A stretch of 64,000 nucleotides of DNA from Octopus vulgaris (Eukaryota), in assembly GCA_951406725.2 (NCBI GenBank), contig OX597818.1:39990001-40054000 (forward strand), written 5' to 3'. The translations under genes were made by a program, and so were the position numbers. Below the pieces are notes generated by a model. That model was not told the origin of the DNA. It searched no databases and worked only from the letters and a program-made list of their open reading frames with translations. This document shows, in pieces, positions 50,125 to 63,282 of this stretch. How positions within the stretch are numbered: the first letter of the stretch is position 1; each line of letters opens with the position of its first letter.

Positions 50125-50348
50125 CTTACTCTTATACTTGTTTCAGTCATTTGACTGTGGCCATGGTGGAGCACTGCCTTTATTCAAGCAAATCGACCCC
50201 AGGACTTATTCTCTGGAAGCCTAGTACTTATTCTATTGGTCTCTTTTGCCGAATCACTAAGTTACGGGGACATAAACACACCACCATTGGTTATCAAGCA
50301 ATGTTGGGGGACAAACATATACACACATATACACACACACATACATAA

Positions 50349-50395
<47 letters not shown>

Positions 50396-50571
50396 TACAC
50401 ACACACATATATACGACGGGCTTCTTTCTGTTTCTGTCTACCAAATCCACTCACAAGGCTTTAGTCAACCCGAGGCTATAGTAGAAGATACTTGCCCAAG
50501 GTGACACGCAGTGGGACTGAACCCGCAACCATGTCGTTGGTAAGCAAGCTACTTACCACATAGCCACTCCT
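50125..50571 (-). mobile_element. SINE A
   Basis: Full head-to-tail match; other copies at 49359-49803 (+) and 51788-52350 (-). Confidence 0.88.
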
Positions 50572-50753
50572 ATAACATATACTCAACTAAAAATGTATTG
50601 AATAATCCTTCAGTTTAACCCTTTTAATGCCAGCCAGTTTGAAACTGTCCCCTGATTCTGTGATACAAAATTCTTGTTATAAAGTTTATCTTTCACCAAA
50701 ATCTCATGGTAATTTATGTTCCAAACACCTGCTAAAGACTGATTTTAATAAAT

Positions 50754-51244
<491 letters not shown>

Positions 51245-51255
51245 CATATACATAC

Positions 51256-51313
<58 letters not shown>

Positions 51314-51382
51314 GTGCAAATATGTATATATGTAAGCATGCAAACACACACACACAGATATATAAATACACACTTGTATATA

Positions 51383-51599
51383 TGAGCAGGTACTGAAAAG
51401 TTCCTGGTTTTAAGGGTACTGCAAAAAGCCTGGTTGGAGGACCAATCTTCTTAGTTCTTTTACCAGGCTTAGAAAAACTGCAGAACTGCTGCAATGATTG
51501 TATGAATCTGAGAAGGGAATATGTTGAATAAAATCATAATTGACTGATCCTCTTGTATTTTCTTTTACCCAAAACGAAGAACATCTTAGCACCCCATCA
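51383..51599 (+). mobile_element. mariner-derived MITE (second copy)
   Basis: Matches 15161-15378; TA flanks. Confidence 0.8.
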
Positions 51600-52404
51600 T
51601 ATACACACTAGTATGTATGTATATTCTTTTATTCTTTCTTTTCTTTTACTTGTTTCAGTCATTTGACTGCGGCCATGCTGGAGCACCGCCTTTAGTCAAG
51701 CAAATCGACCCTGGGACTTATTCTTTGTAAGCCCAGTACTTATTCTTTCGGTCTCTTTTGCCGAACCGCTAAGTGATTTTTTTTATCGTTTACATGTTTC
51801 AGTCATTTTGACTGGGGCAGCGCTGGAACACTGCTTTTTAGTTGAAGAAATTGACCCCTGGACTTATTCTTTGTTAGCCTGGTACTTACTCTGTCAGCCT
51901 TTTTTGCTGAACTGCTAAGTTTACAGAGATGTAAACACATCAACATCGGTTGTCAAGCTATGGAGATGGGGGACAAACACAAATACATACATACATACAT
52001 ATATATATAGGGAGAATTCACAAAAGAACAAAAGACGAAGACAAGTGGTGTAGAAAACAAACAGATGTATTAGTATAACGCTCAGGAAGTGAAAAAGTCT
52101 TTAACGTTTCGAGCCTATGCTCTTTCACAGAAAGGAACACAGAAAGAAACAAGGAGAGAAAAAAAAGGAGAGAAATATATATATACATGATGGGCTTCTT
52201 TTAGTTTCTGTCTACCAAATCCACTCACAAGGCTTTGGTTGGCCTGAGGCTATAGGTGAAGACACCTGCCCAAGGTGCCATGCAGTGGGACTGAACCCGG
52301 AACCATGTGGTTGGTTAGCAAGCTTCTTACCACACAGCCACTCCTGTGCCTATATATATATATATATACACATACACACCCACACACACACACACACACA
52401 TGCA

Positions 52405-52680
52405 TAAAAAATAAACACATGCACTATATATTCATTCTTTACTCATTCATTACTGTTCTTATTTTAATTCATGTCCACTGTCCGGAAATCTCTTGTCACA
52501 CATCTGTTACCTCTTCAGCAACACTTTCCATCCTCAATGGAGCTCACACAAAGACGGAAAGTGTTGCTGAGGAGGTCACAGATGTGTGACAAAAGATTTC
52601 CAGACAGTGGACATGTGTTAAAATATGAACAGTAATAAATGAATGAAGAATGAATATATAGTGTGCGTGTGCTTTTATTT
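52405..52680. repeat. Inverted repeat, about 125-bp arms with about 20-bp spacer (repeat E dimer)
   Basis: CATGTCCACTGTCCGGAAATCTCTTGTCACACATCTG..CAGCAACACTTTCC versus GGAAAGTGTTGCTG..CAGATGTGTGACAAAAGATTTCCAGACAGTGGACATG. Confidence 0.9.
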
Positions 52681-52822
52681 GGCCAATAAAAAAAAAATGA
52701 CCATCTCGAATTACTACTACATCTGTTTCAACACATGGTTTCATATCAGGAATCTTGCAACACAAATTTATAAAGGTATATATCCTTCCATCCATCCATA
52801 TATATATACATACACACATACA

Positions 52823-52873
52823 CTTTATTTAAAAGCAGGAGAAATGTTGCATTTCTTCTGCTTTTAAATAAAG
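52823..52873. repeat. 24-bp-stem hairpin
   Basis: CTTTATTTAAAAGCAGGAGAAATG-ttg-CATTTCTTCTGCTTTTAAATAAAG, one G.T pair. Confidence 0.92.
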
Positions 52874-52961
52874 CATATTACTCTACCTCTGGTATTTGAG
52901 TACTCTTTTTTCCACCTTGTTTCACATTTATGTGCTTACTCCGGTATATATGTATGTATTT

Positions 52962-53133
52962 ATACATATGAGAGGGATTACCACTATGTGGGCAACCCTA
53001 ATGCTAGAAGTAGGTCCGCTATGGTCTTACCACTAAGAAATTTTCTAGAGAACATTTCTTAGTGGTAAGACCATAGCGGATCTACTTCTAGCATTATGGT
53101 TGTCCACATAGTGGTAATCCCTCTCATATGTAT
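52962..53133. repeat. 172-bp near-perfect fold-back hairpin
   Basis: About 85-bp arms with four non-Watson-Crick positions and a 2-nt centre. Confidence 0.95.
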
Positions 53134-54870
53134 GTAATACTATTTATTGAACCTCAGTTTTTTAATATGTTAGACCACTGGTGTTAAATTGATGCTATCA
53201 AATTAATATCCAATTTTTCACCCTCATTTTAATTTTATATATATATATCTGGAGATATGCTGTGACTTCGAAGACCCGACAAATGAAGTGAGTTCATGCT
53301 CGCAGGACAGCCTGCTGTGCTGACCTTGGATCGTAGAGTGACCCGCTGTTCTTGAGGAGACCTGTTGAGTCAAGTTCGTCAACATCAAAAATTCAAATGG
53401 TAATTGTAGTTAAGACACCAGTGCTGGTGACACGTAAAAGCACCATTCGAGCGTAGCAGTTACTAGCGTCGCCTGACTGGCGTCTGTGTCAGTGACACAT
53501 AAAAGCACCAACCGATCGTGGCCGTTTGCCAGCCTGCGCTGGCTCCTGTGCCGGTGACACGTAAAAAACACCCACTACACTCACGGAGTGGTTGGCGTTA
53601 AGAAGGGCATCCAGCTGTAGAAACACTGCCAAATCAGACTGGAGCCTGGTGCAGCCTCCATGGCTTACTAGACCCCGGTCAAACTGTCCAACCCATACTA
53701 GCATGGAAAACGGACGTTAAATGATGATGATATATATATATAATCTGAAGGTGTATAATGACCATAGTCTACTACTAATCCTCTCAGACTGTTGATGTTA
53801 ATCCAAGTAGATGTCTATACATGTTCAGCTTGGGAGTCTGAAGATTGGTACCCATAGGAAAAGATGGGATGGGAAGGAGTCTCAAAATATTGTAATGGGG
53901 TGAAAGTTTGGGCTGTGTATTTGGTGCCAAGTTTAGATAGTGAAACACAGCAGGGATGGTAAAAGGAAAGGTAATGGAATATTTGTTGGGCTTGTATGTG
54001 TCTGTATGTTTGGCTGATGTTGGTTCAAAGGAGAAGGAACTGCTGTAGCAGTAACAGAAGAGACAGTCTGCTGATACACATGTGGTTGTAATGTGTCAGA
54101 GAAAAGTCTACCAATCAGTCACATGGTCTATTTTGGGGTGTGCTCTGTGATGTTCTTGTTTGTGACAGTTGCTCTGTCCTAAATATGTGAGCAGTGTCCT
54201 GGTACAAGTCACACTTGTTTTTTTTTTTGCATAAGATAATCAGTTTGCTGTTTCTGATAGTGACAAAGCAGTTTTTAATACTGAAGAACAAGTATAACTT
54301 GTAACTCTTTAGCATTCAGATTATTTTCTTTGTATCGTCTTTCTGGATGTTTTGTTGTCCCCTTTTTGTATCACCTAGTTGTTCAGATGTTTTGTGTTCT
54401 TGTCCCATTTTGTATTTTATATATATATATATCATCATCATCATCATCATCATCATTTAACGTCCGCTTTCCATGCTAGCATGGGTTGGACGATTTGACT
54501 GAGGACTGGCAAACCAGACGGCTGCACCAGGCTCCAGTCTGATCTGGCAGAGTTTCTACAGCTGGATGCCCTTCCTAACGCCAAGGCTGCCCTTCCTAAC
54601 GCCATGCCCTTCCTAACGCCATATATATATATATATATAGTGGCGTAAGTACACTTTATTCTCATATATATAATTAATAATTAATAATTGTTACATTTCT
54701 AAATAATATAAATTAATTTATGTATTGGCTTAAGTCTTTCTTTGTTTGATTTGCATAATAGTGGTTTTGTCTCTAATTTAATATAATATAATATTTTACT
54801 ATAAAATTGGATTCAATCCTAAATCTGATTTTTCCTTGTAAGTTTGGATTTATTCCCTAATATTTATTAT

Positions 54871-54903
<33 letters not shown>

Positions 54904-55787
54904 TATACAATGAATTCGGTCAATCATTTCACCTAAATTTCTCCAAAACATTATGTCGGGTGAAAGCTGTTTGATCTGCCTTCTTTGAAAACTCTGTCAT
55001 CACCTGACACTTGGGTGATGGGGATAAAGATCGGAAATGAACAACACCACTTACATGACAGTGACATTCGTTTACAACTATCACATGATGTCAAGGGAAG
55101 GAGAAAATAGCATGCATACACACACATATATTTACATAAATGTATAAAGGGCTTCCTCACAGTTTCTGTCTACAAATCTGCTCACAAAATGCCATGCAGT
55201 GGGGCTGAACCTAGAACTAATGTGGTTGAGAAGCAAACTTCTGACCAAGCAAAAAGAGGGGGAAAAAAACACCGTTACCATCTTGTATAATAATTCAAAA
55301 TATCTAAGATATCTTAAATTCACTTGAATAATTTGAATAAAAACACAATGCAGTCTTCATTATATAGACATAGATATGGTTATGTGGCAAAGAATTTTGG
55401 TAGAATAAGTACTAGTCTAAGTCCTGGGGTTGATATAAATTGATTTAAAATCCTTTTTGAAAACAGTGCCCCAGCACAGCTGCAATCCAGACTGAAAACA
55501 GTGAAGGAATAATGAAATGAAATAAATAAATAGTTTCTAGTTGAATGGATATTAAAATATCTCGGAGCAAAATCCAAATACCAAATCCCATATGGGTTAG
55601 AATACCAAGTTTTGTTTTCATAGCTGATAGATAAGCACATGAGATTTTTGAAAATTGTTTTTAAATAATTATGTCTAGATTTGGAATAGTTTGGCTGTTG
55701 ATGTCCAAAGCAACATTCTTTGGGGTGTTGTTCCATTTAGGAAATGTACAATAATAATAATAATGCTATTCATAATAATAATTTCAA

Positions 55788-57405
55788 ATTTTGGCTCAAG
55801 GCCAGCAATTTTAGGGGAGGGGTAAGTCAATTACATCAACGCTAGTGTTTAGCTGGTACTTATTTTTATCGATTTGAAAGGATGAAAGGCAAAGTAGACC
55901 TCAGCTGAATTTGAACTCAGAACATGAAAAGGGATGAAATGCCACTAAGCATTTTGCTGGATGTACTAACGATTGTGCCAGCTTACTGCCTTCAGTAGTA
56001 GTAGTAATAATAATAGTAGTAGTAGTAGTAATAATAATAGTAGTAATAATAATAGTAGTAGTAGTAATAATTGTAGTAGTAATAATAGTAGTATTAGTAA
56101 TAACAGTAGTAGTAATAGTAGTAGTAGTAGTAGTAATAGTAGTAGTAGTAGTAGTAGTAATAATAGTAGTAGTAGTAGTAATAGTAGTAGTAGTAGTAAT
56201 AGTAGTAGTAGTAGTAGTAATAATAATAATAATAATAATAATAAATTTTCCTACTATGAGCAGAAGGCTTGAAACTTTGGGCTTGGAGGCTAGTTGATTA
56301 CATTGACCCCAGTGCTAAACTGGTACTTAATTCAACCTTGAAAGAGTTAAAGGGAGAGTCAATCTCAGTGGAATTTGAACTCAGAGCATAAAGCTAGATG
56401 AAATACCACTATGCATTTTGTCTGATGATTCTGCCAGCTCGCCACCTTTACTACTACTACTACTACTACTACAACAACAACGATGCTTTCTACTATAGGC
56501 ACAGGGTCTGGAATTTTGGGGGAGAGAGCTAGTTGATTACACTGACCCCAGTACTCAACTGGTACTTATTTTATCAACCCTGAAAGAATGAATGGCAAAG
56601 TTGACTTCAGTGGAATTTGAAATCAGAATGTATATAGTTGGATAAAATGTTCCTAGGTATTTTATCTGGTTTGCAGACAATTCTAACTCTGGTACAAGCC
56701 CAGCAATTTTGAGAGAAGTGGGTTACATGCCATCAACCTCAATACTTGACTGGTTCTTTTTGTTAGCCCCCAAAAGATGCAAGGCTAAGTTGACTTCAGT
56801 GGGATATGAAAGTAGTAAAAATAATGAAAGGAATTTTTCTGATATCATAATGATTCTTATTTCTTTATTGCCCATAAGGGGCTAAACATAGAGGGGACAA
56901 TCAAGGGATTAAGTAGATTACATCGACTTCAGTGCATAACTGGTACTTTATTGACCCCGAAAGGATGAAAGGCAAAGTCAACCTCGGCGGAATTTGAACT
57001 CAGAACGTAGCGGCAGACGAAATACCGCTAAGCATTTTGCCCAGCGTGCTAACGATTCTGCCAGCTCGCCACCATATAATGATTCTGCCAGCTCGCCACC
57101 TTATAATGATTCTGTCAGCCCGCTACCTGATGATTTACAACTCAATGTATTTATAAAGTTACTAGCTGAACCTGTGAAAAATTCATGGAAAACAAAAAAT
57201 GTAAGCATCTGTAAATAGTGTACTGGTGCCATGAGAAATATTTGTATATTATGACCGTCTGGCTTTATGTTCTGAGTTCAAATTTTGCCGAGGTTGACTT
57301 TGCCTTCCGTCCTTTCAGGGTTGATAAATTAAGTACCAGTTGTGTACTGGGGTTCATCTAGTCAACTGGCCCCCTCCCCACAAAAAAATTCAGGCCTAGA
57401 AAAGT
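55788..57405 (-). mobile_element. Cluster of SINE B copies: five head-to-tail on minus, one on plus (57258-57405)
   Basis: GAAAGGATGAAAGGCAAAG..GAATTTGAACTCAG or variants near 55876, 56340, 56582, 56773 and 56960. Confidence 0.82.
55994..56245. repeat. (AGT)n/(AAT)n compound trinucleotide repeat
   Basis: Visible directly; forms the 3' tail of the SINE B at 56247-56448. Confidence 0.95.
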
Positions 57406-59499
57406 ATATTGTGACAGTTACACAAAATAGAAAGTAATGTAACACCAATGACTATATAATCCAACCAAAATATCTGTTACATAAATATAAACAGAATTAC
57501 TATTTAACCATAAAATACATCGTACATATTCAAAGAACCTTAATGTATAAATTGAAATGCAAAAGAACAAAATAATAAATGGATTTATGAATGAAAGTTT
57601 GGTAATTGCGCTTATTTCCACCACACGACACTTATTATTGCAAACATGTTTTAACTAACCTAAACTATGCACACACACACAAATACATTCATATATATAT
57701 ATGTCTTGAGTTGTAGCTGTAATTCAAAGGGGCCAGCCTTGTCATATTCTGTGTGAGGCTGACTCTCCCTGAGAACTACATTAATGTTATGCATCTCTGA
57801 GGAGTACTCAGCCATTTGTGAGTTAATTTTATCCTCGTGTGGTAATGAAAAGTGAAACTGACATCCAATATTTGCTGTGTGTATGTATCTATGTATGAAC
57901 TTTTCTTTGGATTTATGTATCTACTGTCTCTTTCACTTTCTCTCTTTCTTTTTCACTTCCTTTGTGTCCCACTTCTCTCCCGCTTTTGATTTAACAATGT
58001 GTATATGTATCTACTTGCAATGTGATAAACATTTAAAATCACAAAATGAATGCCTTCACCACTCACTTCCATGCTCTCTCTTTCATTCTCTCTCTTTCTC
58101 TCACTTTTCTCTCTCATTCTCTTTCTTGCTCTCTTATGTCCTCTCTGAAACATTTAAAAAGACAAACAAATGCCATCACCATTCATTGTCTTTTTCTCTC
58201 TTACTTCCTCTTTGAAACATTTAAAAACGCAAACTGAATGCATGTAAAAAGCACCATCTGATCGTGGCTGTTGTCAGCCTTGCCTGGCCCCCGTGCTGGT
58301 GGCACGAAAAAAGCACCATCTGATCGTGGCCATTTGCCAGCTTCGTCTGGCACCTGTGCCGGTGGCATGTAAAAAGCACCCACTACACTCACGGAGTGGT
58401 TGGCATTAGGAAGGGCATCCAGCCGTAGAAACATTGCCAGATCAGAGTGGGCCTGGTGCAGCCTTCTGGCTTCCTAGACCCCAGTTGAACCGTCCAACCC
58501 ATGCTAGCATGGAAAGCGGACGCTAAACGATGACGATGATGATGATGATTGTGGAAAAATCCTAATATGACCTGTTGTACAGGATGCAGTGCTCCATGCA
58601 GTTGCCAGCAAGGCCTAATTTGCATTGAATAACAATAGCAAAGGTGGGTGGATTGTGTCTATAAATCTTCTCTTTGGTTTTGTGTTCATGTTAGATGTTT
58701 TGACACTCATAAGAAGCCTGCTGTATATACCATCAGCTGCAAGTGGTTGTGTTGATAAAGTGCCAGACTCCCAACAGTCTCTGTTACTATGTCAAAGGTC
58801 AAGGTTCTTAATAATAAGTAGCTCAATCTTATCTGTAGATTATTATCACAAAACAGAACAACTTACTGTTGTTGCTGTTGTTATTTAGTCCATTGGTCTG
58901 ACTTTTTGCGTTCTGTGTTAAAATCCTGCTAATGTCTACTTTGCCTTTTATCCTTCAAGGGTTGATAAAATAAGGGACCAATTAAGTACCATGGTCAGTT
59001 TAATCAACTAAGGGCCTTGTGTCTATGTAACAAATTGTTATTTAGCCCATAACCATCCTATTTTTTTTCTGGACTAGTATGTATAGTACAGCATTATTTT
59101 GTGTGTCCTTCCGCTGTTAAAATAGTAGGATATGATTTGAAGGAGTTTTGGCTGCTATGCTACTTTAAACAATGACATAGAGGCTTCCTCTGTTTAACTC
59201 TCCCTCTGTTTAACTCTCTCTCTGTTTAACTCTTCCTCAGTTTATCTCTTCCTCTGAGTATAACCTGAAGAAGGATGGATGGACTTCTATAACTACTAGT
59301 AATAAATAAATAATAGAAAGACCAAATGGAGGTGCATAGCTTGCTTAATGGTTAGAATATTGGACTCATGATTATGATTCCTGGACTGGATGATGTATTG
59401 TGTTCTTGAGAAAAAACCCACTTTATTTCATGTTGCTTCATTCCACTCAGCTGGTAAAAATGAGTAATCCTGCGATGGACTGGTATCCTATCCAGGGAG

Positions 59500-59537
<38 letters not shown>

Positions 59538-59970
59538 ATATCATCATCATCATCATCGTTTAACGTCCGCTTTCCATGCTAGCATGGGTTGGATGGTTCA
59601 ACTGGGGTCTGGCAAGCCCGAAGGCTGCACCAGGCCAGTCAGATCTGGCAGTATTTCTACAGCTGGATGCCCTTCCTAACGCCAACCACTCCAATTATAT
59701 ATATATAATTATTTGAGGGAATATTAATCCTAACTTACAGGGAAAAAAATTCAATTTAGAAATACTAAATCAAATTTCACACAATATAATATATATATAT
59801 AAAAAATTAGAAAAAAAACACTTTTTATCAATTCAAAATGAACAATTAAATTACACCATCTAGAAAATTATATTTAATAGAAATATTAAAATTAAAATGG
59901 CAATAAAATACCAATGATTAAGTAAATTGCAAAAAAATAATAAAAACGTATATAATTGGTAGAATAACTT

Positions 59971-60023
<53 letters not shown>

Positions 60024-60027
<4 letters not shown>

Positions 60028-60632
60028 GTAGTCAAGCATGACCTCAGAGCATTGGGCCTCACTGAGGCAATGGCGAAGGACCGAGATCTCTGGAGATATG
60101 CTGTGACTACAAAGACCCGGGCTGCTTCCTGCACCAGTTCTGCATAGCCCCTGCCCATTCAAAGTACCTTGGATTCCAGAACACCCCGCTGTGCTTGAGG
60201 AGACCTGTTGAGTCAAGTACATGAATATCGAAATAAATATCAATGGAAATAGTAGTTGTGATACCTGTGCCAATGGCACATAAAATGCACCATCCGAACG
60301 TGGCCGTTGCCAGCGCCGCCTTGACTGGCTTCTGTGCCGGTGGCACATAAAAAGCACCATCCGAACGTGGCCAATGCCAGCGCCGCCTTGGCTGGCTTCC
60401 GTGCTGGTGGCACATTAAAAGCACCAACCGATCGTGGCCGATGCCAGACTCCCCTGGCACCTGTGCAGGTTGCACGTAAAAAGCACCCACTACACTCGCA
60501 GAGTGGTTGGCGTTAGGAAGGGCATCCAGCTATAGAAACACTGCCAGATCAGACTGGAGCCTGGTGCAGGCCCTAGCTTCCCAGACCCCGGTTGAACCGT
60601 CCAACCCGGACGTTAAACGATGATGATGATGA
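60024..60632 (+). mobile_element. RTE-A 3' end: ORF C-terminus plus full UTR, inserted in (TA)n
   Basis: 60025-60147 reads EVVKHDLRALGLTEAMAKDRDLWRYAVTTKTRAASCTSSA*; then four tandem units, the terminal block and (GAT)n. Confidence 0.9.
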
Positions 60633-61650
60633 TATATATATATGCACACACACCAGAGAAACCAGGAAAATGGTCCTATGCTCCTTATGAAGTAATGTGC
60701 TCTAACCAAGTCTTTATTGGCCACCTGGCAATCCTATGGCTTATATATATATATTTGTATATATAGTTGATGTATATATTTGATCTGTTTGTTGGCTGTG
60801 AACCTTTTTGTTTTTTTTATTTTCTTGTGGTTCTGTGTTGTTCTCCATTGAAATTCTTGTTCATATTAGGTTAACCCTTTAGGATTTAAACCAGCCCTAT
60901 CTAGCCCAAATATTTTTCCTGTTTTATGGCCAAACCACCTAGATTCAGCCTCTCACATCTACCTTACAATGCCATTCTAAAAACAAATGATAAATGATCA
61001 TGTCATTTAAATGTTAAAGCTGCGAGATAATCTGGGATTAATTCGAAACGAGACATTGATAAATAAGCATTACATTTGACATGGTTAAACATGTTTAGGG
61101 TGTTCTTTGTTTACGGTGGTTTTGTTGTTTATATTATACCAGGCATGCGTAACCATTTCTCAAGAAGAGGGCCACATGAGTCATTGCTCATTATCATGTG
61201 GGCTATACTATTCAAAAACAAACAAAAAAAAAATTCTGGGTAAGTTTTTTTTTTGTTAGACATACAATTCAGGAAGTCCTTTGGGCTGCAATTTGTCCAT
61301 AACTATTATAGCAACTAGTTGTGACCCGTTGCTATGCTGCCAGGTAACAACCCAATCAAGACTGAAATAGATCCTTCAGCAGAAGCCAGCTACAGTGATT
61401 ACATTGATATGCTCAATAACAACCTGCTTTTTTCCCCCCTTAAAACAAATTTTAATTCTGTTTTTCAAATGCACACACGCACACACATGCTCCTCTCTCA
61501 TTGCATTTCTCTCTCAACAACAACAACAACCTGTCATTATACTGAAAGTCTTTTTTTAAAAGTCTGTGTTGCATTGGCTATATGTTGAAAGACATACAGA
61601 AAACACACACATGCGCAGAGATAACTATATGTATTATATATATATATATA

Positions 61651-62013
61651 CAGCGTTTGGACAAAATAATAGAAACACCTTAAAATTTCAAACAAATGTA
61701 TTTTAATATGGCAGGAATTACAACTTGAATTCTACAATGGACTCGTACAAAGTTTGAATTGTTTCCAAAGGAATTTTTGTCCATTCTTCAGCTAAAATAG
61801 TCTCCAGTTCTTGTAGTGATGACGGGGGAGGATATCGACTCCTTATTTTGTTTTTCTAAAATGCACCATAAAATGTTCAATAATATTGAGATCTGGGGAC
61901 TGTGGTGGCCAGATAAGATGTTCAACTTCACTAGAATGTTCAGTAACAACTTTAGCTGTGTGAATTGGTGCATTATCATCTTGAAAGATTGCATTTCCCT
62001 CAGGAAACAGTTC
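61651..62013 (-). mobile_element. Tc1 (DD34E) transposon 3' end with TIR
   Basis: FPEGNAIFQDDNAPIHTAK..WPPQSPDLNIIEH; TIR TA|CAGCGTTTGGACAAAATAATAGAAACACC at 61651. Confidence 0.92.
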
Positions 62014-62692
62014 CGAATTGCATCTCATCTAAGCAAATTCTCTCCCTAATGAGATGGGCTATGACCCTATCTGTGACCTTCATCACCTGGTCCAGCAGTT
62101 TGATACCCCTGTAGTTATTTCTATCTAGAGCATCACCTTTACCCTTGTAGCTGTTGACTATGGTGCTGCTACACCATTCATTGGGTGTGACTCCATCATG
62201 AACTACCTGGTTTACAACGCGGGTAACTAGGCCATAACCCACAACACCAGATATTTTAAGCATCTCAGCAGTGATTCCTGATGGGCCAGGGGGTTTTCCT
62301 GGCTTCATACCCTTAATTGCTTCATCTACCAAGTGGCTGTCTATTCGGATAGCTGATCCCTCTACTGGGTCAACATTTGGCAGGCTCTCCTCCTCCCATT
62401 CATTCTCCATGTTCAGCAGTCTTTCATAATGGCTTCTCCAAGCCTCTTTCTTTTCAGAATCATTAAAAGGAAGTGCACCATCATCCATGCGGACACATTT
62501 CTCTCCTGTGACATCACAATTTTATCTCACACACTGTCTTGCAATCCGAAATACTTCAGTTCTTTGGTCCTCACGTCGCTGGACATTGGCAAACTTCTTC
62601 TTTTCCACTTCGCCCTTGGCTATGTATACCTGTTGCCCAGCCTCCCTTTTGGTTACCTAGTACAGTTCCCTGCTACCCCCACCTTTCCAGGT
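62012..62692 (-). mobile_element. RTE-A internal fragment (tether to RT N-terminus)
   Basis: ORF 62000-62488: EAWRSHYERLLN..GKPPGPSGITAEMLK..TPNEW..YKGKGDALDRNNYRGIKLL..DEMQFG; homologous to about 2400-2700. Confidence 0.92.
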
Positions 62693-62723
62693 GTTGTGTA
62701 TATAAAATTTGCTATAGGTTTAA

Positions 62724-62944
62724 CCCTTTCGTTACTGTATTTGTTTTGAGATGCTCTGTGTTTCTCTGAATTATTTTAGATATAACAAAGAATTTAGTAA
62801 AATAACTCAGTTATCATTCAGCTAGTGTTAGGAACATAAATTGTGACTAAGGTTTGGAGGAAGATTTTAATTCAAAACTTTTGAAAACAATACATTTGTA
62901 CTACAGGGCCAGAGCCAGCTTCAGCCAGGTTGGTAACGAAAGGG
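62724..62944. mobile_element. piggyBac-type MITE family 1
   Basis: TTAA|CCCTTTCGTTAC ... GTAACGAAAGGG|TTAA, perfect 12-bp TIRs. Confidence 0.9.
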
Positions 62945-63241
62945 TTAAAGATATTCTATTTTACTCTCATGTTGGATCAGTCTGGACATTTTTCTAATTC
63001 TAGCTTTGGTTTTAACTGCAGTAGCTTTGTTGGCAGAAAATAATTAGGATTTCCTAAAATTTTTAACAAAATGCATTGTCACATGATTTGGTTTTAGAGA
63101 AAGATTGTTATTTTGTAAAGAAACAAAAGATGTTAGTGTGAGTTTTATCCAGATGTGGTCTGTTATTGTGTTTGTTTAGGTCATATTTTGGTGGAAGTGA
63201 TTTGTAATACTGTTGTTGTTTGTATGTCAATGTGTTTGCAG

Positions 63242-63282
63242 ATGACTAAACATCAAGCTGAAGAAATAAAGTGATCTGGTTG
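63242..63282 (+). other. Candidate 41-nt non-coding or 5' UTR exon
   Basis: TGTGTTTGCAG| acceptor and TTG|GTGAGT donor in unique T-rich sequence; stops in all three frames. Confidence 0.3.

Noticed and set aside
55973-56272. Poly-Ser/Asn ORF
   Set aside because: (AGT/AAT)n tail of a SINE.
61843-62488. Functional RT-transposase fusion protein
   Set aside because: The two ORFs are in different frames and both are partial.
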